This document shows positions 25,801 through 37,750 of a DNA stretch of 64,000 nt, piece by piece. Origin of the DNA: Selaginella moellendorffii (Eukaryota; Plantae; Lycopodiophyta). Every line of letters starts with the position of its first letter. Within the stretch, counting starts at the first letter, position 1. The stretch is from NCBI RefSeq assembly GCF_000143415.4, contig NW_003314379.1:124001-188000 (forward strand). The letters are read 5' to 3'. Below the pieces are notes generated by a model. It was not told the origin of the DNA and did not search any database. It saw nothing but the letters and a program-made list of their open reading frames with translations. The position numbers were made by a program, and so were the translations under genes.

Positions 25801-28800
25801 TGAAAGCTCAAGGAACCAAAAGCTTGAAGAAGCCTATAGCCAAGTCTTGTATAATAATAGTTATGAATCTTGTATGAACTAATTTCAATGCTAAGGAAGA
25901 AATCATGGTGCGACCCACAATATTCTCCTCAACACATCCATAGCCAAACTTCAAAATGCTAAAGCTAATGAAGATCAATCCAAAAGCTAAACATAATGGA
26001 GCTATGCTCAACAAGTGATCATTAAATGATCATCCATGAATCCATCTATAGCAAGATGTAACTCACTTCATAACAAACACAAGAAGAATCATCAATAATT
26101 GCTATATCCGAACTCAAATCCAACAAAGATTCAGTCACTTCAATATCAATCACTAACGCTCCTTCTTGTAAGACTAGTATAGTCTACGACTAAATCACTT
26201 TTCAAAGAAAAACTCAAATCTCAACCCCTACTAAATAATCTTGTTTAGAATATAACTAATTCAAACTTGCCACTCAACTCATTTGAACGCCAACACAATT
26301 GCTAATTAGCAAATGCACGAATGCCAATAACACAAAGCCATAGCCAAATCACCAACACTATCTTCATAAAGACTAATGAAACTCAATATCAATCTTAAAG
26401 AGAGACATCTCATTTCACTTAAATCTTAACCATCAATAATGTCAATAACAAGGCATCACTTTAATGCCATCAACACTATAACAAAGTTAGAAGAAAGCAA
26501 GAGTGAATTACCACCCACAACTCTCTAGCAACCAAGCTAACCAAAGTCGAAGATACTTTAGTTAGTATCTAAGACCAAACCTCCAACAATACTCAATTAC
26601 AAATAACACATCATCAAGGAGTGATTCACCACATCCAAGACTCGATGAAATCCAACACTACGAACTAAATGCAACTAAATATTATCACTGAAGGTAGAGT
26701 CGATATGCCAACATGGAAACCTATGTAAGTCTAACGACACGATCCTCCGTAACACCATTCAGTAAAGCAAGCCCATCACTATTAAATCATCATTAAATGA
26801 AGCAAGTGTTAACAGTCCTTGATGAAGTCTACAAGTAATCACTAGTCGCAAAGTAACTAATAATTATTTTTTAATTTGCCTTTCACAAGACCGTAACACT
26901 AAACTCACGCCATCGAGTTGTATACTTTTCCAACATGAACATAATATCCTAAGTACGAGATAAAAGTTCATGGACAAGCACAAACTAAATGACCATTCAA
27001 ATCCAACTCAACCACGATAAGCTCACCGACACGTTTAGCCAATAGATTTGAGCATGCTTTGAAGAGGTTAGCTATACATGATCAACACTCAGCCGAAACT
27101 AAAGTGAAGACCATGAGATGAACTCATATCAATACACAACCGCATCATAGACAAAGCTATAGTACGGGTACTAACATCTCAACTGCAAACAACTAAATTG
27201 GATATCATTATCCTCACCCAAGGTGTAGGGCCACCAAGACTAAGTCAAGATTAATGAGAGCTCACTACTCTCATAGAGTTTAACGAAATGCAAAGTGTAA
27301 CTTGCCACCAAGCACAACACTAAAAAAAAAAGGCACAAGGGCCACCCTTCTACAAGTGCAACAACCACTTTTCTACACCAACTCTAGACTTTATCCAACT
27401 CAATTACTTTAGCCCCAAAGGTTAGCAACCCTTTAGGGTTGCATCATACAAATTACCTATTAAGGTTTAAGCCAACCGAAGCCAATTCCAACCTTTTCAT
27501 TAGTTTGTATTGGCTTACGAAAACGAAATGGTTTTCAAGCAAAGTGATCAACAGATCAGCCATTGGAAAAGTCTAAGAAAATTTGTGGAAAATTTTCTAT
27601 CCTAGAGAAAGAATGACTTTTAGTCTAGGAAATGCAAACTTTCAAGACTCAACTAACTTCCTCTTACTTACAGCTTCACATAAGTTCACTTCATCATAAA
27701 TTCTCAAGACCCATAGTATGCCTAAGCATCAAACATCTTTGCCGATTTTTTGACATCGAACACTAACATTTGTAAAATGCAAAATGAACACCCAAGGCTT
27801 GATCATGAAGACCATATCTTCAGACATCCACATTGCACTAACACTTTTCTTTAACCACCTTCAAGATCCAATGTGAAGCCAAAACACTAACAAAAAAAAT
27901 AACATAGAAATTTAGGGTTTAAGGAAAATTCCTTATCACTCGAAATAACAATGCCACTTTCACTAATATAAGTGTTAGCAATGTTAATGCCTCAACTACA
28001 CACCTTCTCCATCCAACAATCTACTCCAAGTGCTAATGGATCAACTAACAAACCATAGCAAGTGAATGCTATAACCGTTTTTAACACCTGATGGGCAAAC
28101 CCAAGGAACTAAAGAACCAATTTAAGCTTAGCATAATGGACCACTATCAAGAGTCTAGTCAAAGCTACTACAATGCTACTACGTGCAAGTAGACTAGCTT
28201 CACTATCAACCACTTTGGGGTTGATCATCGTTTAATCAAGCAACTTCGTAAACACATTACTTGTTATCACATGGATATGATATAGGTATCACAATGACTT
28301 GATCATCAATCAAGCAACACCACAAGCAATACCACTGTCATTACTTCAAAGGTTTATGTAACTATCAAGTGCCAACTCAATTCAATAAAATGCAATATAA
28401 ATGTCACATTCCACTCATGCAACTTGAGGATACACTTTGAGTTGGCAGAATTAAAATTAAGCTATCAGTGGTTCCATGAGTTGTTCCAATGGTTCTGTGA
28501 GTTGTTCTAAGTACCATGGGTGAAAATAAACCTTCCTTGGGTTTGCTATAAATGGTAAATAGGCTAGTTTGTAATTGTCTAGCATGGCACTAGTGGATCC
28601 TTCTTAGACATGATTACAAGTGGATCAATCAAAATTATAGGGATTAGTCTATTGGTTCGAGTAGTCATTGTCGTGCTCTCTCATAAACTTTTCTTGAACT
28701 TGACTAAAAGTAGTGAGAATGCAAGCTTGAGGTTTAGTCAAAGATGAGACCGAAAAGAGAGTTATTAGAGACAAAGGATCAAACACGTAAATCATTTTCT

Positions 28801-29332
28801 CTTCTTGGAGAGATGATTGGCAACGAAGTGTGACTTATTACTTGTGTTCACATTATGCAATCAAGAGTCCTTATCTTGATGCATGTTGGAAATAATGGTC
28901 TTGCAAATGGTGAGTCATGGGATGGATAGTGGTGAAACGCTAAACCATTTTGTCTAGGCTTGCTATTGGAAGACTTGAGTTACAATGCTCAATTCTTTTC
29001 CGGGGAACGTTGTTATTGCTCCTTAAGTAGTTTGGTATTGGATTAGTTTTGAGTTTGGTCAGAAAGAGAGTGGCTTGAGCTAACCTGTGCTGTGAACAAA
29101 AGTTAGTGGTGTTAAGTGACGGTGTTAGGTCCCTTCACTCTCAAACATGGAGCCAAGAAGTGACGAAACCGGACCACGGAGCAACTCCCAAGCATACAGC
29201 GTAAGGAGTGAAGGGACAAAAGCCTAGAACAACTTGGAACAATCCTAGAGCAATTAGCATCCCAATGCCAGGATCAGGACTAACACGCAAAATGGAGCTT
29301 TGAGTTCAATGCTATTTTGGCATATCGGTGGT

Positions 29333-30198
29333 TGTAGTGCATGTGATCATGGGATGAGATTTGGATATACTGTCATCGTGGATCCTTAGAACCTTAGGGA
29401 ACGGGGCCACCTTAATGGCCTATCTACATCACTTGCTAGTCTCAATATCGCGGGGGTTCCCAACACTAGCAAGTGCAAGTCAACGAATGAGTTTCTCTAA
29501 CCAAGTCAAATATGCTTGACAAATAGCACGTAGGAATTCCGTCTTTATGCTCATTTGGTCAAGTGCACACACAATGACCAGTTTCTCAACTAGCTTGAGT
29601 GGAGACCATGAAAGGGACCAATAGTACCGACCTCCTGCCGTCATGGCAGTAAGGAAAGAATGCCTGTAAGGATTGGTTGACAAGTATCTTTCGATACCCG
29701 AAGTCACATTCGTGACACTCTCCTCCCCTTAGGGAAGATCGACATCCTTGTCAATGCATACCCGAGTCTAGCAAACCGTCAAGGAAACAACTTCGAAAGT
29801 TAACGGAAAGCACACTATGTGGGAAATACACTGACTTAAATGAGTTATGGAACGACCTCTCCTTTACGTCCAAAGACGTTAAGACTTAGACACCTTCCGG
29901 CCGTCACCGACAAGGAAATGCTCGTAGGGTTCCTCAACAGATCGTTGTACCAAAACCTATGTCCGAAGTGTTGGTCCCGGCCGTTGAGACTTATGCGGAG
30001 CAGCTATGCCAAAGTTGGTCTAAAGCTACTGAGGCAATGGGCAAAGCTATCATTTAGCGAATATTGAGGGACTAGTCTCAATATCGTGGGGGTTCCCAAC
30101 ATTAGCAAGTGCAAGTCAACGAATGAGTTTCTCTAACTAGGTCAAGTATGCTTGACAAATAGCACGTAGGAATTCCGTCTTGGATACGGGGAGCTGGT
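29333..30198. mobile_element. Nested B-family copy C: short LTR 29333-29717, start of internal region and rearranged LTR pieces
   Basis: TGTAGTGCATGTGATC...CGTGACA followed by CTCTCCTCCCCTTAGGGAAGATCG, matching 24445 onward. Confidence 0.7.
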
Positions 30199-30397
30199 TG
30201 TGAGACACAAAATCCCTAGGCCCCAAAGTGGAGCTAGAAGGGTGCCACGTGGTAGTGGCCGAAGCGAAAGCCAAACGACCGTAACACATTTGGACTAAAA
30301 GCTCCAACTTGAAAGGTCGAGAGCAGGAGTGGAACTCCCAACAAAGTGCTCGAGGAATGAGCACGAAGCAAGCCATAAGCGAGGCTCCAAAAAGGGA

Positions 30398-30897
30398 CCC
30401 GAGATGGAGTCCGAGATGGACCCAAAGTGAAGTCCGATATGGAGTCCGAGATGGAGTCCGAGATGGACCCGAAATGGAGTCCGATATAGAGTCCGAGATG
30501 GAGTCCAAAATGGAGTCCGATATGGAGTCCGAGATGGAGTCCGAGATGGAGTCCGATATGGAGTCCGAGATGGAGTCCGATATGGAGTCCGAGATGGAGT
30601 CCGAGATGGAGTCCAAGATGGACTGAGATGGAGTCCGAGATAGACCCGAGATGGAGTCCGAGATGGACCCGAGATGGAGTCCGAGATGGACTCGAGATGG
30701 AGTCCGAGATGGACCCGAGGTGGAGTCCGAGATGGACCCAAGGTGGAGTCCGAGATGGAGTCCGAGATGGAACCGAGATCGGGACCGGGACCGGGACCGA
30801 GACCAAGACCGAGACCGAGACCGAGATCGAGACCGAGTCCGAGTCCGAATCTGGGACCGAGACCGAGTCCGAGTCCGAGTCTGAGTCCAAGTCCAAA
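30398..30897 (+). repeat. Minisatellite in D-family LTR: 12-bp GATGGAGTCCGA array followed by 6-bp GACCGA/GTCCGA array
   Basis: Directly visible tandem arrays; further copies at ~36317-36720 and, reversed, at ~48180-48660. Confidence 0.95.
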
Positions 30898-33800
30898 TAC
30901 TAATACAGGCAGTTGGGTGAAAGCCCAAAGCGATCGTCCCCCGGGGGGGGGGGGGGGCTGCGGGGGGTTCCAAAAGTATAGTAGGGAGAGTGTGGGGGTT
31001 GGAGCCTAGTGGAGCCAGTTTCGGCAGGAAAGGCTAGTTTGGCCCAGGCAAGCCAGACCCAGTGTTGGGTGATGAACTGACCACTGGGAAGTCCAAGACT
31101 AGAGTGAACACGAACCGACAAGCTGGGTAGCTTGGTGAAGTGTTCAAGAGCCGGCTCTAGTTCCCCCGGGAGATCAACTGGCCGATGCTCCTAGTCCAAG
31201 TGTGGGTGGCACTACCTACTTGAATACCAGGCATGGCTCAACGGAACCTCGCTCTAAGCCCATGGCTAGAGCACCCAAGGGCGAAAGGCGGGGAGAGTAC
31301 CCAGGTGGCTCACGTAAGGCCACGATGTTCCGAAATGTTGTTCCAAAGGCCCAGACTGTGGAAAGGAAGAGGAGCAGTCCTCTGGGGCAGTGACCAAGGA
31401 CGCAGTCGTGTGGTGAGGAAGTCCCAGAGGACCGTGGGACTTAGTGGTCAGGCTTGTGGGCCTCGATCCAGTGGCAGTGTTAGCAAACACGGCCAAGGGT
31501 AGAAAGGGACTTAGTGGGGACTGACAGAGGGATATTGGGGAAGGCCATTCCCTTTGTCGGTGGGCATCCTAAGGATGCTAAGGAGTGGATCTGAGATGAC
31601 CACTCACGGATGGTTTGCCTAGTCTTGGAGAGCCAAGACTGTGATGCAAGTGGTATTGGACTACTAGTGTGGCAAAGGTGATTGGGCATGGCCTTAGCGT
31701 AACAAGCTGCCATGTCGGTGGTACCTTTGAGTGTCGGTCATGGGATCGGACACATGGAGCACTTGGACCAAATGCAAATGTTGAGTGGCATGGATGCCAT
31801 TCTCGGGGCTAGCAAGTCCCAAGTCCTGAATTAGACTTATGGAGGTTGTGAATGAGACTCCTTCAAGTGGTCGGAGGTGTGGTTAAGTGACTAAAGTAGA
31901 ATGGAAAATTTAGTCGCTTACAATTTGGTATCAGAGCTGTTCCTTAGTCCGACTTTTATTGGTGCTCAAGTATATCACCATTGATGTTGGCATCGGAAGG
32001 TCCTAGGAGTGGGCCTATCCTTGAGGAGTAGCATGTCGAGAGGACATGGCTCTCCACTCAAGTTCATGCGTGAATTTGGGCACAATGTGGTGGATAGAAA
32101 AGGGCCAATAATGGAACGACTTTGGGATCTTGGGAACAGTATAAGGTCTCCTCAGAGAGTTGAGGATGTGATCCAAATGAGCGTTTGATGCAGCAAACGG
32201 GCTAACGTAGTTGTGATAAACAACTATAGTTGGGATCACGGGAAATATGTAGACTCCAAAACAATAAAGGAGTCACAAGATTATCCTCATATAGTTGAGG
32301 TTGGTGCTCATGAATGTGAGACTAGAGGTAATGACCGTGGGAGGTCAAATACGGAAGAGGACTCAAGTCCTTGAAATGGTAGCCGAGGCTACCTTTAATA
32401 AATGCTGAAACAACCCAAGGAGTTGGGGGGTGTACTTAGAGATGAGTTGGTATTCTCATCACATGGACAAGTAGTCCTAAGGGGCAAAGGTTGCCCCTAG
32501 AGAACAAAATCAAGTGTCAGAGTAACACTTGTGAAAATAGTCTTTTTGAGTAGGACAGGAATGCAAGAAGTGTATTCCAGTGAGCTAGTGCCTCACAAGT
32601 AGGACCTTACGGGTTTGTGGATTAACCAAGTCCAAAACTGCTAGATGACTCAAGTAGAGTCAAGGGATGGTCCTAAAATGATTGATGAAAGCATTTGGAC
32701 TGAGGTGTGTTGTACCCCACAAAGGATGGGGGGGGGATCATAGGATCCAAGGATGAGAACATAGGGTATTTCATCGATGGCAAAATGTGCCATACTAAAG
32801 TCGTGGGAAAGGTGTTCCCAAAAAGAAAACAACTTTGACACAAAGTTGTGTGTGACCTTTATGATGCAGTGCTAACAGATGGTTGGCATGAGAAAGAGTG
32901 GTATTGGTCTTGGCAAAGACTTAGACACAAAGAACAAGTGTTATAGAGGTAGGCTCGTGGAGCCAATGGTGTGGAAACACTAAATGTGCCAAGGTGTGAT
33001 ACCTTGAGGCTATGTTGGTGGGTTCATGAGAACCCCTTGCCAAAGGAATCCCAATAGAAATGAGAATGGCATAGCCTAATCTGCAGAGCATGCAGTTGGA
33101 GTGTGGTGACCCAAATAATGATGGAGGTGTGGAAGCACCAGCAATGAGTTGTAGGACTTGACAACTACAAGGCAACTAAGCAAGAGGTGCAAAATAATTG
33201 GTTAAACGGGTAGAAGGTAGCTACCCAAGCCTTCTTAATGGCATAGGGAAGTTAGATATACCCCTACGGGGAATAAGTTGCTTATGTTGCGATATAGTAA
33301 GTCAATGTCATAAAAGGAAATACTCATTGTCAAGGAAGCCGTCATTGGGACACCCAAACACTCTAGAACACTAGGAAGTGGTGTTTGATGTCGCGAGGGC
33401 AGTAGATAAGGCCCAAGGGACTAAGTCCCTAGCGAATGATGGATAGTAGGTGCTATCCAAATGTCCAAGGTGGCGGAGACAGGAGAAAACTGTTTACTCG
33501 AATTGGACAAAGCCAAAAATGGAATTTTGGCAAGGCTAGCGATGGGCATGTAAAGGCTCGTAAGCAACAACGTAATCCCGATGTGTGGGATTATAGGGTG
33601 AGCATACCTGGATTGAGGAACCACTCCCTAGGCTATCGGGTAGGTTCATCCCTAAGAATATTTGCTAAGGCATGATAAAAAGTGCAAAGCTATCCTCCTG
33701 GTCTTGAGGAGAATGACCGAAGGAAAGGTGTGAAACCAAAAGCAAGAAGTAAGGGGATAGAACCGAACCATAGGAATCGAAGGGCATAACCAAGGTTGGT

Positions 33801-35839
33801 TATGCCAGCTGGGAGTGGAGAATCAAGTGGGGGCTCGAGGGTGTTGCCGCTAGCAACCGTGATGCCATGGAGAGTCTAAAATATGGAATTGTCCATGTTA
33901 GACTATATGGTAATTGGAAAGCTTGCAGAAAGGGGGGCCTTAGCAAGCTAAAGGACAGAGTTCCTTCAAGGTTCCCAAAGAGGATTCTAGGTAGCTTAGT
34001 ACCTAGAAAGGCCAAGCGTAAATGGTTCAAGGAATGCGCAAAATCAGAGTGGCGCAGCAAAAGCGTGGTCTTGAAGCTTGCCATGAGGCAAGGCTATCAA
34101 AGTTAAGGAAGTAGTTCCCGAGTGTTCAAAGAGAAGGCTTTGAACGAAAGTAGATGATCAAGGGCTTTCACGCTTGTGCAGGAACCATGTTACGGTGGTC
34201 GAAGGACTTGCCAAAGCGAGATTGGCAAGTCAGGGGAACAAATACCCTAGTTGAAGGTGATAACTTCAAAAAGGGTGGGCCATGGGGCCAAGCATGGAGG
34301 AGTCCATGCATGATCACAGGCTTGTTAAGTGAGAGGACTTGGCAATGGAGAGGAACTAGGTTCCTAAGCTGTGATCTATAGCGCGCTTTGAGTATTAGTT
34401 GGTGCACCAGCGTGGGGAGTCACGCCAGGCATCTTATGTGATGCTGTCCGTAGATGCATATACGGAGGTTGGGTTCGAGTCCCAACCCTCTAGTGCTTGG
34501 GTTCGAGTCCCAAATCACTAGGGCGTGGTGATGGTTTGGAATATGAGGACACTCATATTTCGGTGGTCATGGACTCTCAATGAGGATATTGGCTTGGGCA
34601 CACCGCCAAGCGGGGGATGCCCCGGAGTCGTGATGCACAGTTAGAATGCTTAGTGTGGCTCAACATATCTAACTTGAACACTTTGGTGCCAGTGGCACCA
34701 AGGACGTGGTGAATGAGATGGGGACCCCCAGTCTCAGTTGCTATAGACCCTTGGCCGGAAGGGCTGGCTTGGGCGCACCGCCAAGTGTGGGGGATGCCCC
34801 CGGGGTCGTAGTTAACAAGTTAAAGGTCTGGAAGACCTAGTACCTATTGGCAAACCTGTTAAGGTGCCGAGGTGAGATCATTAGGTGATCTTGTAGCTAA
34901 ATAAGGACAATGTTCTTGTTTGGGTTAAGGAATAAGGTTCCTAGTTCAAAGTGTTGATTTGAACTATTGATGATGGTGTGGCTTGGTCAAGGTGACCAAG
35001 TGGGAAAAGCACTTTAGGGAAATGAGCTATGTCATTGCGATGGCATAGTGTGTCCAAAGAAAGTAGTCTCTAAAGAGACCCATGAGAGGTCACAAAGTTG
35101 GGCCGTGGATAGAGCCCACAGCAGAAGATGCTAAAGAGACTTACCAGGGGTGAACACCCTAGTCTTGGCAAAGTAGAGCCTTTGCTATGGAATCAAAAGA
35201 ATACCTCAAGGAGGGAGGTAAAGATTCAATATTGCTTGGTGCAACAATCAACGAATAGGAGCAAAAGATGAGTGGCCAAGATAGGGCCGTGGAATCCCTT
35301 GGAAGGAATCCAAGTGACAAAGTTAGGCGAGGAACACTAATGTGTTAGACGCTAACAAATTGCGGGAAAGGAAGTGTGTTTCCAAGGATGGATTCCGAAT
35401 TGCTCCGATTTGGCGAAAGTGGAAGCTCCAAGGGAGGGAGCGGTAAAGTAGCCAAATGATAGGGCCATGGACAACCCTAGCACAAAGTATGATAAATGGA
35501 AATTAGTGCCCAAGGTGGCACGAAATAGAAGAGAGGATGATGGTGCCCTCAAGTAATGAATTTCCTAGGATGGGGAAGTGGAGTTGCACAATCTGTGCAA
35601 TGCAAGGTGTTGGAGACACCTAAGAAATTGACTTCCAAAAGTCAAAAGAGTAAAAGTTCCAAGGTGCAAACGTTCAATAGATGGAAATTGAGATTACTTG
35701 AGAAGGAGTAGTGGGATTGACTTAGAGAAGGGTCTCTAGGAAGTTTAGTGAGAACTAAACCAATAAAAGGAGAGAACCACTACATGTGGTCCAATCAGTC
35801 TCTAAGTTGGAGAGACTACCCTCCTTAGAGGATAGGCAA

Positions 35840-36016
35840 GGCATGGTGAGCCTTTGGTGTCAAACCATTGAGGAATATGCAAAAGGCATGGTGAGCCTTC
35901 AATGTCAAACCATTGACGAATATGGAGAAGGTATGGTGAGCCTTCAATGTCAAACCATTGACGAATATGGAGAAGGCATGGTGAGCCTTCAATGTCAAAC
36001 CATTGATAAATATTGG
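35840..36016 (+). repeat. 45-bp tandem repeat, about 4 copies
   Basis: GGCATGGTGAGCCTTCAATGTCAAACCATTGACGAATATGGAGAA units; only one unit in D2 (~43230-43272). Confidence 0.85.
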
Positions 36017-37750
36017 CTAGGTGCCAAGGATGGAAATGGTAACACATGCGGGTGTTACTTTATAAAATGGTTTACCGTTCGATGAGGACATCAAACTTCG
36101 TCTATAGGTGGTGGAGTTGTGAGACACAAAATCCCTAGGCCCCAAAGTGGAGATAGAAGGGTGCCACGTGGTAGTGGCCGAAGCGAAAACCAAACGACCG
36201 TAACACGTTTGGACTAAAAGCTCCGACTTGAAAGATTGAGAGCGGGAGTGAAACTCCCAACAAAGTGCTCGAGGAATGAGCACGAAGCGAGCCATAAGCG
36301 AAGCTCCAAAAAGGGACCCGAGATGGAGTCCGAGATGGACCCGAAGTGAAGTCCGATATGGAGTCCGAGATGGACCCGAAATGGAGTCCGATATGGAGTC
36401 CGAGATGGAGTCCAAAATGGAGTCCGATATGGAGTCTGAGATGGAGTTCGATATGGAGTCCGAGATGGAGTCCGAGATGGACCGAGATGGAGTCCGAGAT
36501 GGACTCGAGATGGAGTCCGAGATGGACCCGAGGTGGAGTCCGAGATGGACCCGAGGTGGAGTCCGAGATGGACCCGAGGTGGAGTCTGAGATGGACCCGA
36601 GGTGGAGTCCGAGATGGAGTCCGAGATGGAACCGAGACCGGGACCAGGACCGGGACCGAGACTGAGACCGAGACCGAGTCCGAGTCCGAATCCGGGACCG
36701 AGACCGAGTCCGAGTCCGAATACTAATACAAGCAGTTGGGTGAAAGCCCAAAGCGATCGTCCCCCAGGGGGGGGGGGGGGCTGCAGGGGGTTCCAAAAGT
36801 ATAGTAGGGAGAGTGTGGGGGTTGGAGCCCAGTGGAGCCAGTTTCACCAGGAAAGACTAGTTTGGCCCAGGCAAGCCAGACCCAGTGTTAGGTGATGAGT
36901 TGACCACTAGGAAGTCTAAGACTAGAGTGAACACGGACCGACAAGCTGGGTAGCTTGGTGAAGTGTTCAAGAGCCGGCTCTAGTTCCCCCGGGAGATCGA
37001 CTGGCCGATGCTCCCAGTCCAAATGTGGGTGGCACTACCTACTTGGATACCAAGCGTGGCTCAACGGAACCTCGCTCTAAGCCCATGGCTAGAGCACCCA
37101 AGGGCGGAAGGCAGGGAGAGTACCCAGGTGGCTCACGTAAGGCCACGATGTTCCAAAATGTTGTTCCAAAGGCCCAGATTGTGGAAAGGAAGAGGAGCAG
37201 TCCTCTGGGGCAGTGACCAAGGACGCAGTCGTGTGGTGAGGAAGTCCCAGAGGACTGTGGGACTTAGTGGTCGGGCCTGTGGGCCTCGATCTAGTGGCAG
37301 TGTTGACAAACATGGCCAAGGGTAGAAAGGGACTTAGTGGGGACTGACAGAGGGATATTGGGGAAGGCCATTCCCTTTGTCGGTGGGCATCCTAAGGATG
37401 CTAAGGAGTGGATCTAAGATGACCACTCACGAATGGTTTGCCTAGTCTTGGAGAGCCAAGACTGTGATGCAAGTGGTATTGGACTACTAGTGTGGCAAAG
37501 GTGATTGGGCATGGCCTTAGCGTAACAAGCTGCCATGTCGGTGGTACCTTTGAGTGTCGGTCATGGGATCGGACATGTGGAGCACTTGGACCAAATGCAA
37601 ATGTTGAGTGGCATGGATGCCATTCTCGGGGCTAGCAAGTCCCAAGTCCTGAATTGGACTTATGGAGGTTGTGAATGAGACTCCTCCAAGTGGTCGGAGG
37701 TATGGTTAAGTGACTAAAGTAGAATGGAAAATTTAGTCGCTTACACTAGT

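Larger units (their letters stand above)
30199..37745 (+). mobile_element. LARD-like non-autonomous LTR element D1 (LTRs 30199-31922 and 36118-37745)
   Basis: TGTGAG...GCTTACA LTRs, iMet PBS TGGTATCAGAGC at 31926, PPT-like GGTGGTGGAG before the 3' LTR, TSD CTGGT/CTAGT. The empty-site sequence is present at 38398-38437. The 4.2-kb internal region has no long ORF. Confidence 0.88.

Noticed and set aside
30398-30897. Possible CRISPR-like array
   Set aside because: Head-to-tail units with no unique spacers, inside a eukaryotic LTR.
30137-31009. Repetitive SISD/HLGL/PSRT/MESE ORFs (also 36017-36895 and 48057-48900)
   Set aside because: Translations of the LTR minisatellite, open in several frames; not evidence of proteins.
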